NCBI RefSeq assembly: GCF_009914755.1
Contig: NC_060934.1
Direction: 5' to 3' (one strand)
DNA length: 64,000 nucleotides
DNA from: the human T2T-CHM13v2.0 reference genome, Homo sapiens
Positions 63,345 through 64,000 of the stretch are shown in pieces (positions within the stretch are counted from its first letter, which is position 1; the number at the start of each line of letters is the position of its first letter). Both the position numbers and the translations under genes were made by a program. The notes under the pieces were generated by a model. That model made no database searches, was not told where the DNA came from, and saw only the letters and a program-made list of their open reading frames with translations.

Positions 63345-63646
63345 GTTTTTGTTTTGTTTTGTTGAGACGGTATTTTGCTTTGTCACCTGGGCTAGAGTGC
63401 GGTGGCACGATCATAGCTCACCGCAGCCTTGACCTCTGGGGCTCAAGCAATCCTCCCACCTCAGCTTCCTGAGGAGCTGAGACTACAGGTGTGTGCCACC
63501 ACACCAGGCTAATTTTTGTATTTTTTGTAGTGACGCAGTCTCACTCTGTTGCCCAGGCTGGCCTCAAACTCCTGGGATCAAGCGTTTCTCCCACCTCAGC
63601 CTCCCAAAGTGCTGGGATTGTAGGCCTGAGCCACTGTGCCTGGCCT
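63345..63646 (-). mobile_element. AluJ inserted in MIR
   Basis: Antisense Alu; MIR core gaggaaacagactgagag follows. Confidence 0.88.
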
Positions 63647-64000
63647 TATATGCAGTTTTCGCCAATGAGGAAACAGACTGAGAGGGGTTGAATAACTTGT
63701 TTGAAGTTATACAGCCAGCAGATGTCGGAATGGGCATTTGGACCCAGCTTCCTCCAAAGCTGAGGCTTTTTCTGTTGTTCCACAGTGATTTTCAGTTAGA
63801 AGTTTTGATTCTGGCATCTTGCCTTCTGTCAGTAACTGTTTTCAGCACAGAACAGAATACTGTTCACATTTTCTCTGAATATTGGACATGCTTCCTGTGT
63901 ACTTCAGTGTTCTTGCTCAGGAAATCTGAGGAGCCACCGAGCACCAAAAGAACAGGCATCTGTAAAAGCAACTCAGAATTAAGACCATACTTTTTATTTT

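Overview
This is repeat-rich primate genomic DNA, almost certainly human, since it carries two AluYb-lineage insertions. I found no protein-coding exon, RNA gene, CpG island or identifiable gene. Every long ORF in the track comes from Alu, L1 or simple repeats. Contents: about 40 Alu elements or fragments, several L1 remnants, MIR/L2/CR1 relics, five solo LTRs (MSTA, THE1, MER93-like, an unassigned ERV LTR, LTR10 family), hAT DNA transposons, and two long simple-repeat tracts. Most L1s and about two thirds of the Alus lie on the minus strand, which suggests (inference only) a large intron of a + strand gene. I did not find a new biological system. The best observations concern genome history and regulation: (1) one L1-endonuclease nick site used twice, by an old AluJ and then a consensus-like AluYb8; (2) a 46-bp AluYb insertion with intact TPRT hallmarks; (3) an LTR10-family solo LTR with four phased p53-type decamers upstream of CCAAT/TATA boxes; (4) two hAT elements sharing one 8-bp target; (5) templated-duplication repair scars; (6) a young 3x76-bp tandem repeat inside an old L1. 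Repeat subfamily names come from recalled consensus sequences and need RepeatMasker/Dfam confirmation. Boundaries of old elements are approximate.
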